DNA of 64,000 nucleotides from Rhynchopus sp. YZ270_cl-10 (lineage: Eukaryota): assembly GCA_964035575.1 (NCBI GenBank), contig OZ037838.1, positions 868,001-932,000 on the forward strand. The letters are read 5' to 3'. Under the pieces are notes generated by a model. It saw only the letters and a program-made list of their open reading frames with translations. It did no database searches and was not told the origin of the DNA. This document shows positions 48,801-60,209 of this stretch, in pieces. Made by a program: the position numbers and the translations under genes. How positions within the stretch are numbered: position 1 is the first letter of the stretch; every line of letters starts with the position of its first letter.

Positions 48801-49769
48801 ACGTTGTACAATCGTTTTCTGTATTTCTATTTTTAGTTTCTTTTTTTGTTTTAAAAGGTGCGTATATCTTCTGTTGTTGGCCGCAGGGTACTTTGTGCTT
48901 TCATCCGGATGGCTGGCATCGTACGTGGGTCAGTCGGAGGTGCCTGCATTAATAACTTCACTTTTTTGTTTTGAAAGGTGCGTAGGTTCATGTAACAAAC
49001 CTTTTGTTGGTGCCAAGGTGGGAGATGAACAGAACATACTTACCATAATTGGTTACATCAGTGTTATGTACAATATATAAAAAAACCTCTCTCCCCATCA
49101 GTAAACCCCTCAATCAGTCTACACTAATACAAACCAAGTTTTCAAAAGGGGGTGATCTTTTTGTGACTCCCAAGCGCAACACTCCGGGGGGGTTCGATAC
49201 CCCGGCGGAGTGTGAGTGCCTGCGTCCCAGAGGCGTTTTGCACTATCAACTTCACTTTTGTTGAAATCCCCAGAATCGAAGAAACGAATTGTTTTTTAAA
49301 TCTGAATCCATTTTATTTTTTATAGGGAGATTTTTTTTTTAACGCCATTCTATTTTTTGCACATTAGGGCCCAGGCCAATTTATGAATGTGTCAAACTTG
49401 AAGTGTAAAAAGAAATATCACTCCCCCTATTTTTTTCTTTTTCAATTTTTTTCGTATCATAGGCGGTCCAGTTTGGGCATTTTCCCCCCCCCTCGAACGT
49501 TCATAACCTATGTTTTGTCACAAATTTGGGTGCGCTATTTTTTTTCTTTTTTGATAACGAATGATCAAGGTGACTAAGCACAGAGAGGCTTAGGATCATC
49601 TTATAAACCTTTTTCTTTTTTTTTTCTTTTTTCGATCCTCATTTATTTTTTCAAGATTGGGATTTTTTTTTTCTCTCTCCAAAAACCTGATGACAGCCAG
49701 CCACGCAAGTCGTGTCTGTACAGCCGTGATCTCCCATCCGTTCAGTTAATTTCCCCCTCCCCCCCTTTA

Positions 49770-50809
49770 GGGAGCGCGGCGAGGCCCTTTTTTCTGTAAC
49801 ACTCAACAAAAAATCATGAAAAAATGTAAAAAAAATATCCGAAAACACAAAACCACCCCAGAAAACACATTTGTGGGACTATTTCTTACTTTTTGATGCC
49901 TTTTGGCACTTTCCCCCCCGATTTTTTGACACTTTTTGACACGTTTTCACCCAATTTCCCCCTTCTCTGAGGGTATTTGATAACAGGGCGATTTATAAAG
50001 AAATTCAAAAATTTAAAATAGTCCAAAACAAGAGGAAAAGTGGTTTTTACCAGTCAGATGTGTGCACAGAGTGATTTCCGTGGGGTTTTGGGGCCAAAAA
50101 TCCAGTTTTTTCAATGTCTTCGCCGAAAATATTGATTTTTTTTTATACACAAAAACCACATTTTAGCCGGGAGGAGCAAACCATTACAAAACCATTACAC
50201 ACTTTCTATTTGGACCTCCGGGCACCAAAATCGACCAGAAAATGGTTGTAAATACGATTTTTCAACCCCCATAAGGTATCTAAGATCAACCCCGGGGGTA
50301 TTGGTGCCTTCTATGGACGTTTTGTGGGCGATTTTTGGGTTTTGGGGTGACGAAAAGGCCTAAAAAACGAGGTAAAAACTGCCCCCTTTTCTGTCTCATC
50401 CACTCAAATACACGCTCGGGCCCCAATCTGGACGCCCAAAAGCTTCGAAACCTACATATTTCCACTGCCGGACCTCACCGGAGGGGACGTGGGGTGGTTT
50501 TCGGCACCTTAGAAGAAAAACTGTGCTCCCGGATCCATTTTTTTGAAAGCATTACATTCCTGAAGGAAATCTTACTAAAATCTTACTATTTTCGAAGCCG
50601 TTTTTTCGAAAAAAAGTGATTTTTTTTCGAAAATAAACGCTCAGTTTTGGTTGTTTGGTGGTTCATTGGGCAGAATCGACGAATTTTAGGCCACTTTGGG
50701 ACCAGGTAGACCCACCTTGGCGGGTTTTATGACTTTTTTTCAAAAAATTCTTGAAAAAACACGAGCGTTACAGAGGGTCCTTAAGGATTTCCTTAAGGGC
50801 TGTGCCCCC
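49770..50809. mobile_element. Non-autonomous DNA transposon with imperfect, asymmetric G-rich TIR and TA flanks
   Basis: GGG(A/G)GC(G/A)C(G/A)GC termini plus TCTGTAAC(A/G)CTC subterminal match; TA at 49768-49769 and 50810-50811; right end resembles the TIR of 4307-5838. Confidence 0.6.
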
Positions 50810-51843
50810 TACTCCCCCCCTTCACCCTTTTTTTTTCTGTTTCCTCCAGTTTGCGGGAGGGTAGAAAAATTTGGCCTGCGCTGTCGTTGAGTCACAATGA
50901 GCCTGTTAGTTTTTTCTACTCAGCCCCGTATTTTTTCCTCCAGAGTGACTATGCAGCAGAGAGGCTTAGGGTCATCTTATAAACTTTTCTCTTATTTTTT
51001 TTTTTTTTTTTCCTTTTTTTTTTTTTTGAATCTTCTCTTCTCCGTTCGCATTTTTTATCTCTCTCAAGAGATGCCCCCCCCCCTCCTTATTGCTTTTAAG
51101 GTGACCAAAGACATGAGTCTTAAGTCCATCCCAACTTTTTCCCTCCCCCCCCTTCGGGGGTTCCCCCCCCGCGTCGTTTACTCACAAACGTTCTTTTAAA
51201 TTTCCAAGGAAGGAGGAGAGGGAAGAAAAATGGCTTTTTAAAAAACTTTGTAACATCTCTGATGTCTTTTGTGCAGACGTACCCTACGTCATCCCTCAGT
51301 CGCAGCACATACACATGGTGGTACCGACCGAGAGGAGAGAGAAGCAGGCAATTGCACACACACAGAACAGCATAACAGTAAAACTTGCTGTGTATCTCTT
51401 CTCTCCAGCATCACAGAAACGACCCCCTCGGGGTCGTTCAGCTGTGACGTGAACGCCCCCCTTCCTCCATCCGATTGCTAGGGATAACCCACGGCTGTTC
51501 TCAAACACACACACACACACATAGTGGGCTATACTCCGTTCAGGCATTACCAACTCTACATCCGTTATCAAAACACTCACACATTGGGGCCATATTCTGC
51601 GCAAGAATTACCCCTATTAGTTATCAAACACACAACAGAACCCTACCCCTTCTACCTCCCCCCTTACACAAAAAAAAGCATTTTTTTTCCATCTCAATCT
51701 TGCTCTATTCTTACTAATTTTTTTTTCAAAAAATCCCCTCTTCCTCCTCCTCTTTCTCCCCTCACCCTCCTCCCCTTTCCAGGGGGGTTTTTTCTTCTTC
51801 CAAAATTGCGTCGTCACCGAGGAGAGGGACTGCGCCTGACTAT

Positions 51844-53253
51844 GTGACGAGCGATGGAGGGAGTTATGAATGTTCTGATGCTGCGTTTACGGACTGCTCA
51901 TCGGTGTATCTGTCTGAGGAAAGCGACGACGGACGCGATGGCATGCAGGAGCCTGCCGCAGAGGAGGGCTGGCGTGAGGTAGGAGAGCTTCTCTTTGAGG
52001 ATGCAGAGGCCTTTGACGCTCGATTCAATACCACCGCAGCCCGCCTTGTCAACGGTGCCACCATTCTTGTCATTCTTGCGTCACAGATCATTCTCTGCCT
52101 GGAAACATTGCCACAGTACTACCAGGCCTCGCTTGACAAGGAGCAACCTTGGTTTTCGCTTGAAGTTGCGGTGGTGTCGTTTTTTACGGTAGAGCTGGCA
52201 GCGCGGTTCGCAGTGGTAACGCATCATGAACGGTACCTGCGGGTGTTCTTCTTTAACCTTCTGAATGTGATCGACATTCTTGCAGTGCTTCCATTCTATG
52301 TCGAGCTCGTTGCTACCTCCAGGATTAACGTTAACATATCCGTGCTCCGCATTCTTCGAGTCATTAGGGTGATAAAGATGAGTCGCCGCGTTCGTGGTCT
52401 TGTCATTCTCGCGAAGGTGCTGTACGAAACAATGGGGCAACTGTATATGGGATTCCTGCTCATCCTCGTTTCTCTCTACTTTTGGGGCTCGTTGCTCTTC
52501 TTTTTGGAGCGTTCTGCCGCATCGTTCGATGAGGAGCACGGAAGGTGGGTGGTGCTTGACGAAGGGGTCCCAAAAGAACTTCTCTTCCAAAGCATCCCGC
52601 ACTCCTTTTGGTGGGGCATCGCGACGCTGACGACGGTAGGGTATGGGGATGTCGTGCCGCGTACCTGGGCAGGAAAGCTTTGCGCCTCAGCCTCCATGAT
52701 ATCAGCGGTGTTCGTTCTGGCACTTCCTACCTCGATAATTGGGGCGAAGTTTTTGGAATTATATAAAAGAGGCCAGAGTGAGGACAAAATTAAGTCGAAA
52801 CGATTGAAAAAAGCGAGAGAAACACGACATTTGGAGGAAATGAGTGAGTCTGAGGAGGATGATCTGACAGAGGAGGGCGATGCGTCTGTGGTAGGTGGGC
52901 GTGAGGATGAGATTGTTGAGCTGCTTATGTTCGTCGATGACCTTGCAGAGACAGGGAGGCTTACACCAAGCTCGGTTCTACAGGATGCGGCATCTGGGGA
53001 AGTAGTTGTCCGACCTGGCGACGGGGAGGCCATCCGATCGCTCATCCTCGACCCTCTAAAGTACCCTGCAGTGCGTGCAGTGTACATGGCCGCACGCCAA
53101 GCACCCACCCCCAGCCTCGCGATATCCCGCTTCCTTCAGCACGCAACGGAGCTTGCGTTGCAGAGTACCTATTCGCACGGCACTGCGCAATATGATCTTG
53201 AGAGGTGGCAGCCAAACCCTGAGTTTGTCAAGCGCATACACGGTATGAACTGA
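51844..53253 (+). CDS. Voltage-gated (6TM, Kv-like) potassium channel; true start uncertain (first in-frame ATG 51943, or an upstream exon)
   Basis: S4 'LRILRVIRVIKMSRR'; pore 'FQSIPHSFWWGIATLTTVGYGDVVP'. Confidence 0.9.
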   Translation: MTSDGGSYECSDAAFTDCSSVYLSEESDDGRDGMQEPAAEEGWREVGELLFEDAEAFDARFNTTAARLVNGATILVILASQIILCLETLPQYYQASLDKEQPWFSLEVAVVSFFTVELAARFAVVTHHERYLRVFFFNLLNVIDILAVLPFYVELVATSRINVNISVLRILRVIRVIKMSRRVRGLVILAKVLYETMGQLYMGFLLILVSLYFWGSLLFFLERSAASFDEEHGRWVVLDEGVPKELLFQSIPHSFWWGIATLTTVGYGDVVPRTWAGKLCASASMISAVFVLALPTSIIGAKFLELYKRGQSEDKIKSKRLKKARETRHLEEMSESEEDDLTEEGDASVVGGREDEIVELLMFVDDLAETGRLTPSSVLQDAASGEVVVRPGDGEAIRSLILDPLKYPAVRAVYMAARQAPTPSLAISRFLQHATELALQSTYSHGTAQYDLERWQPNPEFVKRIHGMN

Positions 53254-54371
53254 AGCGGGAGGAGAGAACGGTTCGCAGAGTTTTCACCTCCAAAAAAATA
53301 GCAAGGCAGCCAAATTACCAGGAAGAAGAGAGCGAGAGAGAGAGAGAGCAAAGAAAAAAGAGAAAACAAAAATATGGCTGACGTAGACCGCGAAATGGAA
53401 GTAAGCTGGGCGGAGGGTGGGCGTGGCGTGGATATATTCTGTTGCGACACGTGATTTTTCCTGAACAAGATAAAACAATAAGCTCGCGTTTCTTTTATCG
53501 AACAGATTTTATTCTCCGCCCCGTACCCAAAACGTAAACACCACTTTGAATCAGAAAAAATATTTTCTCCTTTTTTCTTCCACACGCGCTGGTTTTTGTA
53601 TTTCGCTAATTTTTATCAAAAAGCCTTGTTTCGAGTGCGAAACGTTTCTCCATGTATTGCACGGGAAACAATATGACAAACAGGTGCAGGGTGGTTCCGT
53701 GCTTATCATAGAACCTGGCACCTCGTGTGTCTCCGAAAAACCAAAAGCGTTGTGTGTGAAGTTTTGAAGGAAGGAAAAATAAAAAAGTTTTCAAAAAAGA
53801 GAAAACAGAAATATGCCTGATTTGGACGCCAGGATCTTTTTTTGGTGGTACTGTAATTGTAGTCGTTCTGTTCAATGGGGGGTTCGATAACGGAATGGGA
53901 ATGCCTGTACCAGAGGCGTTTTGTACCATGCTTCACTCTAACTTCACTCTTTTGGGTGGAATGTAATTTCTATTTCTATTCTCTGCAGCCTTTTTTGGAG
54001 GAAAAAAAAGCTTAACATAAAGCCAAAAGCAATACAGAGAGAACCAACCATTTTTTTAAAACCAAAATGTTTTCATCAATCCTCCGGCTGAGTGTTTGAC
54101 GACCTTTTCATGTTATCAAAGCGCTCACCAACCCATACAAAAAAAAAAAAAGAAACACACAAAAAAAAAAAAAAAACTCATAAATTTTCACAAACAAAAC
54201 CTCGGAACACTTCTTCGCAACAATAGTTCCTATGAGAGCTACTTCTTATTCACGACACTGATGGCATGGCAAACATATGTTACACGCACAATAACAAGCA
54301 AACCGCTATGCGTAACTGCTTGTCATGCCATGACAAGTGTCGCCGTGTGTAAACACAGAGCCGACTTTGGG

Positions 54372-54486
54372 AATGATCCTGCTGCAGGTTCACCTACAGC
54401 AACCTTGTTACGACTTTTGCTTCCCTTAGCTGAAAAATATTGCTTGGATTTGGAACGTCTAAACCGGAATCCGGAGCATGCTCAGT
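54372..54486 (-). rRNA. Dispersed fragment of the 18S rRNA 3' end (not a full gene); ITS1-like sequence may extend to ~54095
   Basis: Minus strand reads GGAAGCAAAAGTCGTAACAAGGTTGCTGTAGGTGAACCTGCAGCAGGATCATT, the conserved SSU 3' terminus. Confidence 0.88.
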
Positions 54487-54669
54487 AGGGAGGACTCCAT
54501 GAGTAGAGATGTGGCATGAGGTTGCTACCATAACAGCCTCCACACACATTGTGTCTGCGTGCAACAACAGACATCTAAACCACGACAAACATGCAACACA
54601 GAACAACACCTCTCCCCCACCCATTTTCACTACCCCCGTGAGCAGTGGAGCAAAAAAGAGGAATAAACA

Positions 54670-55812
54670 ATGATGGATGTGACCTTTGTGCTGGAAGAGT
54701 CAGGCGTGACTGCGACAGTGGAGGTGCCGTGCGAGGCGGACGTTGCAGCGGCAAAGGAGGTTGCGTGCACGGCGCTTGCTGTCTCGCCTGCGTCTGTCGA
54801 GATGCGCATCGGCACGCAGGTGCTGGAGGGGACGTGCCGTCTGCAGGACACTGCGTTTGATGCAGGGGTGCAGGTTGTGCTTTCCCGCCGATTTGCCGAC
54901 ATCAAGTGTCCTGCTGAGTACACTGCAACGCACATGGGGGAGTTGTTACTGTCGCGTTTTGGAGCGCTCTGCATCTATGGTGACTGGAGTGGGCATGTTG
55001 GCGGTTTCGACACGGAAACCTTCGACACTCTCTTCTGGTTCGAAGTGGACACGAACGCGAACACGGCTCCGCCTGCCATCTCGCAGTGCGAGACACGCTG
55101 CTACCTGCCGTGTGGGGATCACCTTCTCGAGGTTGCGCTTCCGGGTGGGGAGGCGCTCCGCAAAGTCGACGGCATCGCAGAGTCAGTGTTCGCGTGTGGC
55201 AGTGTTGTTGTCTCCCAGGGCACAGACGGCGTCTCTGTGTATGACGAAGACCTGACGTTGCTCCGCTCTCTCTCGCACGAAGAGTGTATGGGAGCGGCAG
55301 TGTCGGACTGTGGTGGGTGGGTGATCACTTCCTCAGTAGGGGACGACGCGCGTCTGTGGGATGTGAACACAGGTGAAGTGGTGGCATGTGTGCCTACAGG
55401 TTGGTGGAGTCGTAGGCGGTGTGGAGTGGCTCTTTCACGGTCTGCCTCTGTCTTTGCTGTGGAGGGGGTGGGAGGCACCGTGCACCTCTATGATTGGAGT
55501 GGTGAGTTTCTTTGCAGTGTTGATGTGGATGGGGATGTCGAGAGCATGCAGTTCACCCCGTGTGGGAAGTACCTTGTGGTCAAGGTGGATGCCAGTTATG
55601 AAGATGAAATAGGCTACTCAATTCCCTGGGTACACCTACGCCAGTATGATGTGGCGACCATGTCTTGTGTACGTTTTATACCGCAAACCTTTGCTGGGTC
55701 ATTTGCGATATCACCGTGTTCACGTGTGGTTGTGTTCGGGTGTGAGAACGAAAGCATCGATGCAACAAGCAGCATTGTAACAAGGCATCTGTACCCACAC
55801 AACAGTGAGTGA
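54670..55812 (+). CDS. UBL + propeller copy 7
   Basis: Same architecture. Confidence 0.85.
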   Translation: MMDVTFVLEESGVTATVEVPCEADVAAAKEVACTALAVSPASVEMRIGTQVLEGTCRLQDTAFDAGVQVVLSRRFADIKCPAEYTATHMGELLLSRFGALCIYGDWSGHVGGFDTETFDTLFWFEVDTNANTAPPAISQCETRCYLPCGDHLLEVALPGGEALRKVDGIAESVFACGSVVVSQGTDGVSVYDEDLTLLRSLSHEECMGAAVSDCGGWVITSSVGDDARLWDVNTGEVVACVPTGWWSRRRCGVALSRSASVFAVEGVGGTVHLYDWSGEFLCSVDVDGDVESMQFTPCGKYLVVKVDASYEDEIGYSIPWVHLRQYDVATMSCVRFIPQTFAGSFAISPCSRVVVFGCENESIDATSSIVTRHLYPHNSE

Positions 55813-55975
55813 TGTTTTCTTTTTCACATCTCCTGTGTGTTTGCAGGGTATCTTCAAATTGCTTGCTTTTATCAGAGTTTGTTGAAACACGCATTTAACC
55901 CACCAACCTTCTTATTTGTCGTTGCGAAGTGACACCACCAACCATCACATCAAACACAACAGACCCCTTAACAAT

Positions 55976-57052
55976 ATGATGGATGTGACCTTTGTGCTGG
56001 AAGAGTCAGGCGTGACTGCGACAGTGGAGGTGCCGTGCGAGGCGGACGTTGCAGCGGCAAAGGAGGTTGCGTGCACGGCGCTTGCTGTCTCGCCTGCGTC
56101 TGTCGAGATGCGCATCGGCACGCAGGTGCTGGAGGGGACGTGCCGTCTGCAGGACACTGCGTTTGGTGCAGGGGTGCAGGTTGTGCTTGCCCGCCGCTTT
56201 GCTGACATCAAGTGTCCTGCTGAGCACACTACGACGTATGTGGGAGGCTTGTCACTGTCGCGATGTGGCACGCTCTGCGTCTATGGTGATAGAATGAGTA
56301 AGCATGTTAGTGGCTTTGACACAGAAACCTTCGACACGTGCTGCTCTTTTGAAGTGGACACTAAAGTGGTCGGTCCGCCTGCCCTCTCGCAGTGCAAGAC
56401 ACGCTGCTACATGCCATGTAGGAACTACGTTCTTGAGGTTGCGCTTCCAGGTGGGGAGGTGGTCCGCAAAGTACCAGACGTCATTCCACAGTCAGTGTTC
56501 GCGTGTGGTGGTGTTGTTGTCTCGAAGGGCGAAGACGGCGTCTCTGTGTATGACGAAGACCTGACGTTGCTCCGCTCTCTCGCACACGAAACGTGTTGGA
56601 GCGTGGCAGTGTCGGACTGTGGTGGGTGGGTGATCACCTCCTCCTTGAATGAGAACAACGCACGTCTGTGGGATGTGAACACAGGTGTTGCTGTGGCATG
56701 TGTGCCTGCGGGGGCGTGGTGTTGCGTGGCGCTTTCACGGTCTGCCTCTGTCTTTGCTGTGGGGATGCACAACACCGTGCAGCTCTATGATTGGAGTGGT
56801 GCGGCTTTTCGCAGTGTTGATGTGGGTAAGGATATCAAGGGCATGCAGTTCACCCCGTGTGGGAAGTACCTTGTGGTAAAGATTATAGACGTGCTGCACC
56901 AGTATGATGTGGCGACCATGTCCTGTGTGCGTGTGATGCCGCAAAGGTTTGTTGTGTCCTTTGCGATATCGCCGTGTTCACGTGTTGCTGTGGTTATGCA
57001 AAAAGATAGCGTCATTGTAACAAGACATCTTTACCCACACAACAGTGAGTGA
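55976..57052 (+). CDS. UBL + propeller copy 8
   Basis: Same architecture. Confidence 0.85.
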   Translation: MMDVTFVLEESGVTATVEVPCEADVAAAKEVACTALAVSPASVEMRIGTQVLEGTCRLQDTAFGAGVQVVLARRFADIKCPAEHTTTYVGGLSLSRCGTLCVYGDRMSKHVSGFDTETFDTCCSFEVDTKVVGPPALSQCKTRCYMPCRNYVLEVALPGGEVVRKVPDVIPQSVFACGGVVVSKGEDGVSVYDEDLTLLRSLAHETCWSVAVSDCGGWVITSSLNENNARLWDVNTGVAVACVPAGAWCCVALSRSASVFAVGMHNTVQLYDWSGAAFRSVDVGKDIKGMQFTPCGKYLVVKIIDVLHQYDVATMSCVRVMPQRFVVSFAISPCSRVAVVMQKDSVIVTRHLYPHNSE

Positions 57053-57548
57053 TGTCCGACCAGGCAGGGGAGGGAGAGGCGGTGATCAATATACGCCAGG
57101 GTCCGAGCAAAAAACCCAGACCTCAAAACACCCCCAAGAAACTCCCCTTTCAGCCCTGTTGCTGTTTTTCTCTTGTTTGCCTGACACAGGTCGCCCACCT
57201 CACACGCTGCGGCGCTCTCGTGTGGGTGACAGATCACCATGCTTAGTGTCATTCCTTTCGTAACGTCACAACGAGAAGCACCACAAACGTGCGATAACGC
57301 TTGTGCTCAAGGTGATGAAGTACGAGCGGCTTAGGTTCATCTTATAACTTTTCGTTCCTCTTTTTCTCTGCAATGCTTGTGGAAAAGATCTTCAGGTTCA
57401 GATGTATTCGTGTTTGTTACTATTGTTTTGTGTCGACGCCATGAGACCCTTCAGACCCTCACTGTCCGTTCATATTATTCTCTACCTCAGAAATTACACC
57501 CCTAAATGACACCAACCATCACATCACACCAACACAGCTCTTGAAACA

Positions 57549-58664
57549 ATGATGGATGTGACCTTTGTGCTGGAAGAGTCAGGTGTGACTGCGACAGTGG
57601 AGGTGCCGTGCGAGGCGGACGTTGCAGCGGCAAAGGAGGTTGCGTGCACGGCGCTTGCTGTCTCGCCTGCGTCTGTCGAGATGCGCATCGGCACGCAGGT
57701 GCTGGAGGGGACGTGCCGTCTGCAGGACACTGCGTTTGATGCAGGGGTGCAGGTTGTGCTTGCCTGCCCTCGCTTTGCCGACATCAAGTGTCCTGCGTAC
57801 TGTGCGCAGGGGGTCGCGTCGCTGGGTGATTTGTCGCTGTCCCGTTGTGGCGCGCTGTGTCTCTATCGGCATGACGAGTATGTTGGTGCTTTCAACACAG
57901 AAACCTTTGACACTCTCTTCTCGTTCCGTGTGGGCCTCATGTTTGGTCCACCAGCCATCTCACGGTGCAAGACACGCTGCTACCTGGCGTGTGGGGGTCA
58001 CCTTCTCGAGGTTGCGCTTCCGGGTGGGGAGGTGCTCCGCAAAGTCGACGGCGCCTCGTACTCGGTGTCCGCGTGTGGCGGTGTTGTTGTCTCCAAGAGC
58101 GTCAAAGACGGCGTCTCTGTGTATGACGAAGACCTGACGTTGCTCCGCTTTCTCTCGCACGAAGGGTGTAATGGAGCGGCAGTATCGCGCTGTGGTGGAT
58201 GGGTGATCACCTCCTCCTACCGTGAGAAGAACGTACGTCTGTGGGATGTGAACACAGGAGTTGCTGTGGCATGTGTGCCCGCGAATGGGTGGGGCGTGGC
58301 GCTTTCACGGTCTGCCTCTGTCTTTGCTGTGGGGGGCTGTGTGGATGAGGCAGCGAGTGTGCAGCTCTACGACTGGAGTGGTGCGGCTCTTCAGAACGCC
58401 ACTATCTCTGGACGTGTAGTTGGCGTTCAATTCACCCTGTGTGGGAAGTACCTTGTGGTCCATGTACAAAAGCGCGCTGACGATAGTCACCTACAGAACG
58501 CAGAGCTGCAACAGTATGATGTGATGACTATGTCCCGTGTGCTGGTCATTCCATACGTCAAGGGTACGTCATTTGCGATATCACCGTGTTCACGTGTGGT
58601 TGTGTTGCTATTATCCACAAATAACAGCGTTGTGACCATACATCTGCACCCCCACAACGAGTGA
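57549..58664 (+). CDS. UBL + propeller copy 9
   Basis: Same architecture. Confidence 0.85.
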   Translation: MMDVTFVLEESGVTATVEVPCEADVAAAKEVACTALAVSPASVEMRIGTQVLEGTCRLQDTAFDAGVQVVLACPRFADIKCPAYCAQGVASLGDLSLSRCGALCLYRHDEYVGAFNTETFDTLFSFRVGLMFGPPAISRCKTRCYLACGGHLLEVALPGGEVLRKVDGASYSVSACGGVVVSKSVKDGVSVYDEDLTLLRFLSHEGCNGAAVSRCGGWVITSSYREKNVRLWDVNTGVAVACVPANGWGVALSRSASVFAVGGCVDEAASVQLYDWSGAALQNATISGRVVGVQFTLCGKYLVVHVQKRADDSHLQNAELQQYDVMTMSRVLVIPYVKGTSFAISPCSRVVVLLLSTNNSVVTIHLHPHNE

Positions 58665-59084
58665 TGTTTATGCTTTAGTACCATGTGAAATGGGTGTGAT
58701 GACTTGCCCCCTTGTATTCCGTGGAGGCGGAAGAACTGGTGTCGTCAACAGAAGCCTGCGTCTTGCCACCACACACCTATCCAGTGATGGCAGATCTGCA
58801 TCCACGAGCAAGACACCGCAGACCACCTTGTCGCAGCCGAACACCACATCGCCTCCCGCCAGGCCGCCCTCGTCGCCCTCCACACAGAGATGTGCGCCAT
58901 GGTGAGACCTATTCATGTGCGCACCACCATTTGTTTTTTTCCTGTACCGCAGAGCCTTTACCCTAACTTAAAACAACGACCCTCAGCCCCAGCCCTTCTT
59001 TCCACGTGTCCACCCTCTCAGCTCCTTCAACTGTCCACCCAACAGAACATTCAATTGCAGCACACCAACACAGCTCTTGAAACA

Positions 59085-60209
59085 ATGATGGATGTGACCT
59101 TTGTGCTGGAAGAGTCAGGCGTGACTGCGACAGTGGAGGTGCCGTGCGAGGCGGACGTTGCAGCGGCAAAGGAGGTTGCGTGCACGGCGCTTGCTGTCTC
59201 GCCTGCGTCTGTCGAGATGCGCATCGGCACGCAGGTGCTGGAGGGGACGTGCCGTCTGCAGGACACTGCGTTTGATGCAGGGGTGCAGGTTGTGCTTGCC
59301 CGCCCTCGCTTTGCTGACATCAAGTGTCCTGCTGAGTACAAGTCAAAGATGTCATCGAGCTACCTGCTGTTATCGCTGTCGCGTTGTGGAGCGCTGTGCA
59401 TCGTTAGTGATCGTGGAAATGTTGTTGGCTTCGACACAGAAACCTTCGACACGGTCTTCTCGTTCAAAGTGGACAATGATGTTCGCGGTCGGCCTGCCAT
59501 CTCGCAGTGCAAGACACGCTGCTACCTGCCGTGTTGGAGTAAAGGCCTTCTCGAGCTTGCGCTTCCGGGTGGGGAGGTGCTCCGCAAAGTCGACGGCACC
59601 TCCAACGCAGTGTTCGCGTGTGGCGGTGTTGTTATCTCAAAGGGCACAGACGGCGTCTCTGTGCATGACGAAGACCTGACGTTGCTCCGCTCTCTCTCAC
59701 ACGAAGAGTGCAGGCGTGTGGCAGTGTCGGACTGTGGTGGGTGGGTGATCACTCACTCCGAGAAGGAGTGGAACGCACGTCTGTGGGATGTGAACACAGG
59801 TGAAGTTGTGGCATGTGTGCCGCTGGAGGAAGTGTTATGTGGAGTGATGGCACTTTCAAGATCTGCTTCTGTCTTTGCTGTGGTGAGCTGTGGCAGCGTA
59901 CAGCTCTATAACTGGAGTGGTGCGGCTCTGAGCAGCATTGATGTGGTTGAGGATGTAGAGGGAATGCAGTTCACCTTGTGTGGGAAGTACCTTGTGGTAA
60001 GGACATTTGATGTGGAATACGGCGACAGCGATATTATATGCATCAACAACCTGCACCAGTATGATGTGGCGACCAGGTCCTGTGTGCGTGTGATACCGCA
60101 AGAGTCAAATGAGTCCTTTGTGATATCGCCGTGTTCACGTGTTGTCATGGTTATGCAATCAAATGGCGTCGTTGTGACGAGGCATCTGTACCCACACAAC
60201 AGTGAGTGA
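59085..60209 (+). CDS. UBL + propeller copy 10
   Basis: Same architecture. Confidence 0.85.
   Translation: MMDVTFVLEESGVTATVEVPCEADVAAAKEVACTALAVSPASVEMRIGTQVLEGTCRLQDTAFDAGVQVVLARPRFADIKCPAEYKSKMSSSYLLLSLSRCGALCIVSDRGNVVGFDTETFDTVFSFKVDNDVRGRPAISQCKTRCYLPCWSKGLLELALPGGEVLRKVDGTSNAVFACGGVVISKGTDGVSVHDEDLTLLRSLSHEECRRVAVSDCGGWVITHSEKEWNARLWDVNTGEVVACVPLEEVLCGVMALSRSASVFAVVSCGSVQLYNWSGAALSSIDVVEDVEGMQFTLCGKYLVVRTFDVEYGDSDIICINNLHQYDVATRSCVRVIPQESNESFVISPCSRVVMVMQSNGVVVTRHLYPHNSE

Noticed and set aside
49184..49255. tRNA gene
   Set aside because: Only a T-arm-like hairpin; no acceptor, D or anticodon arms.
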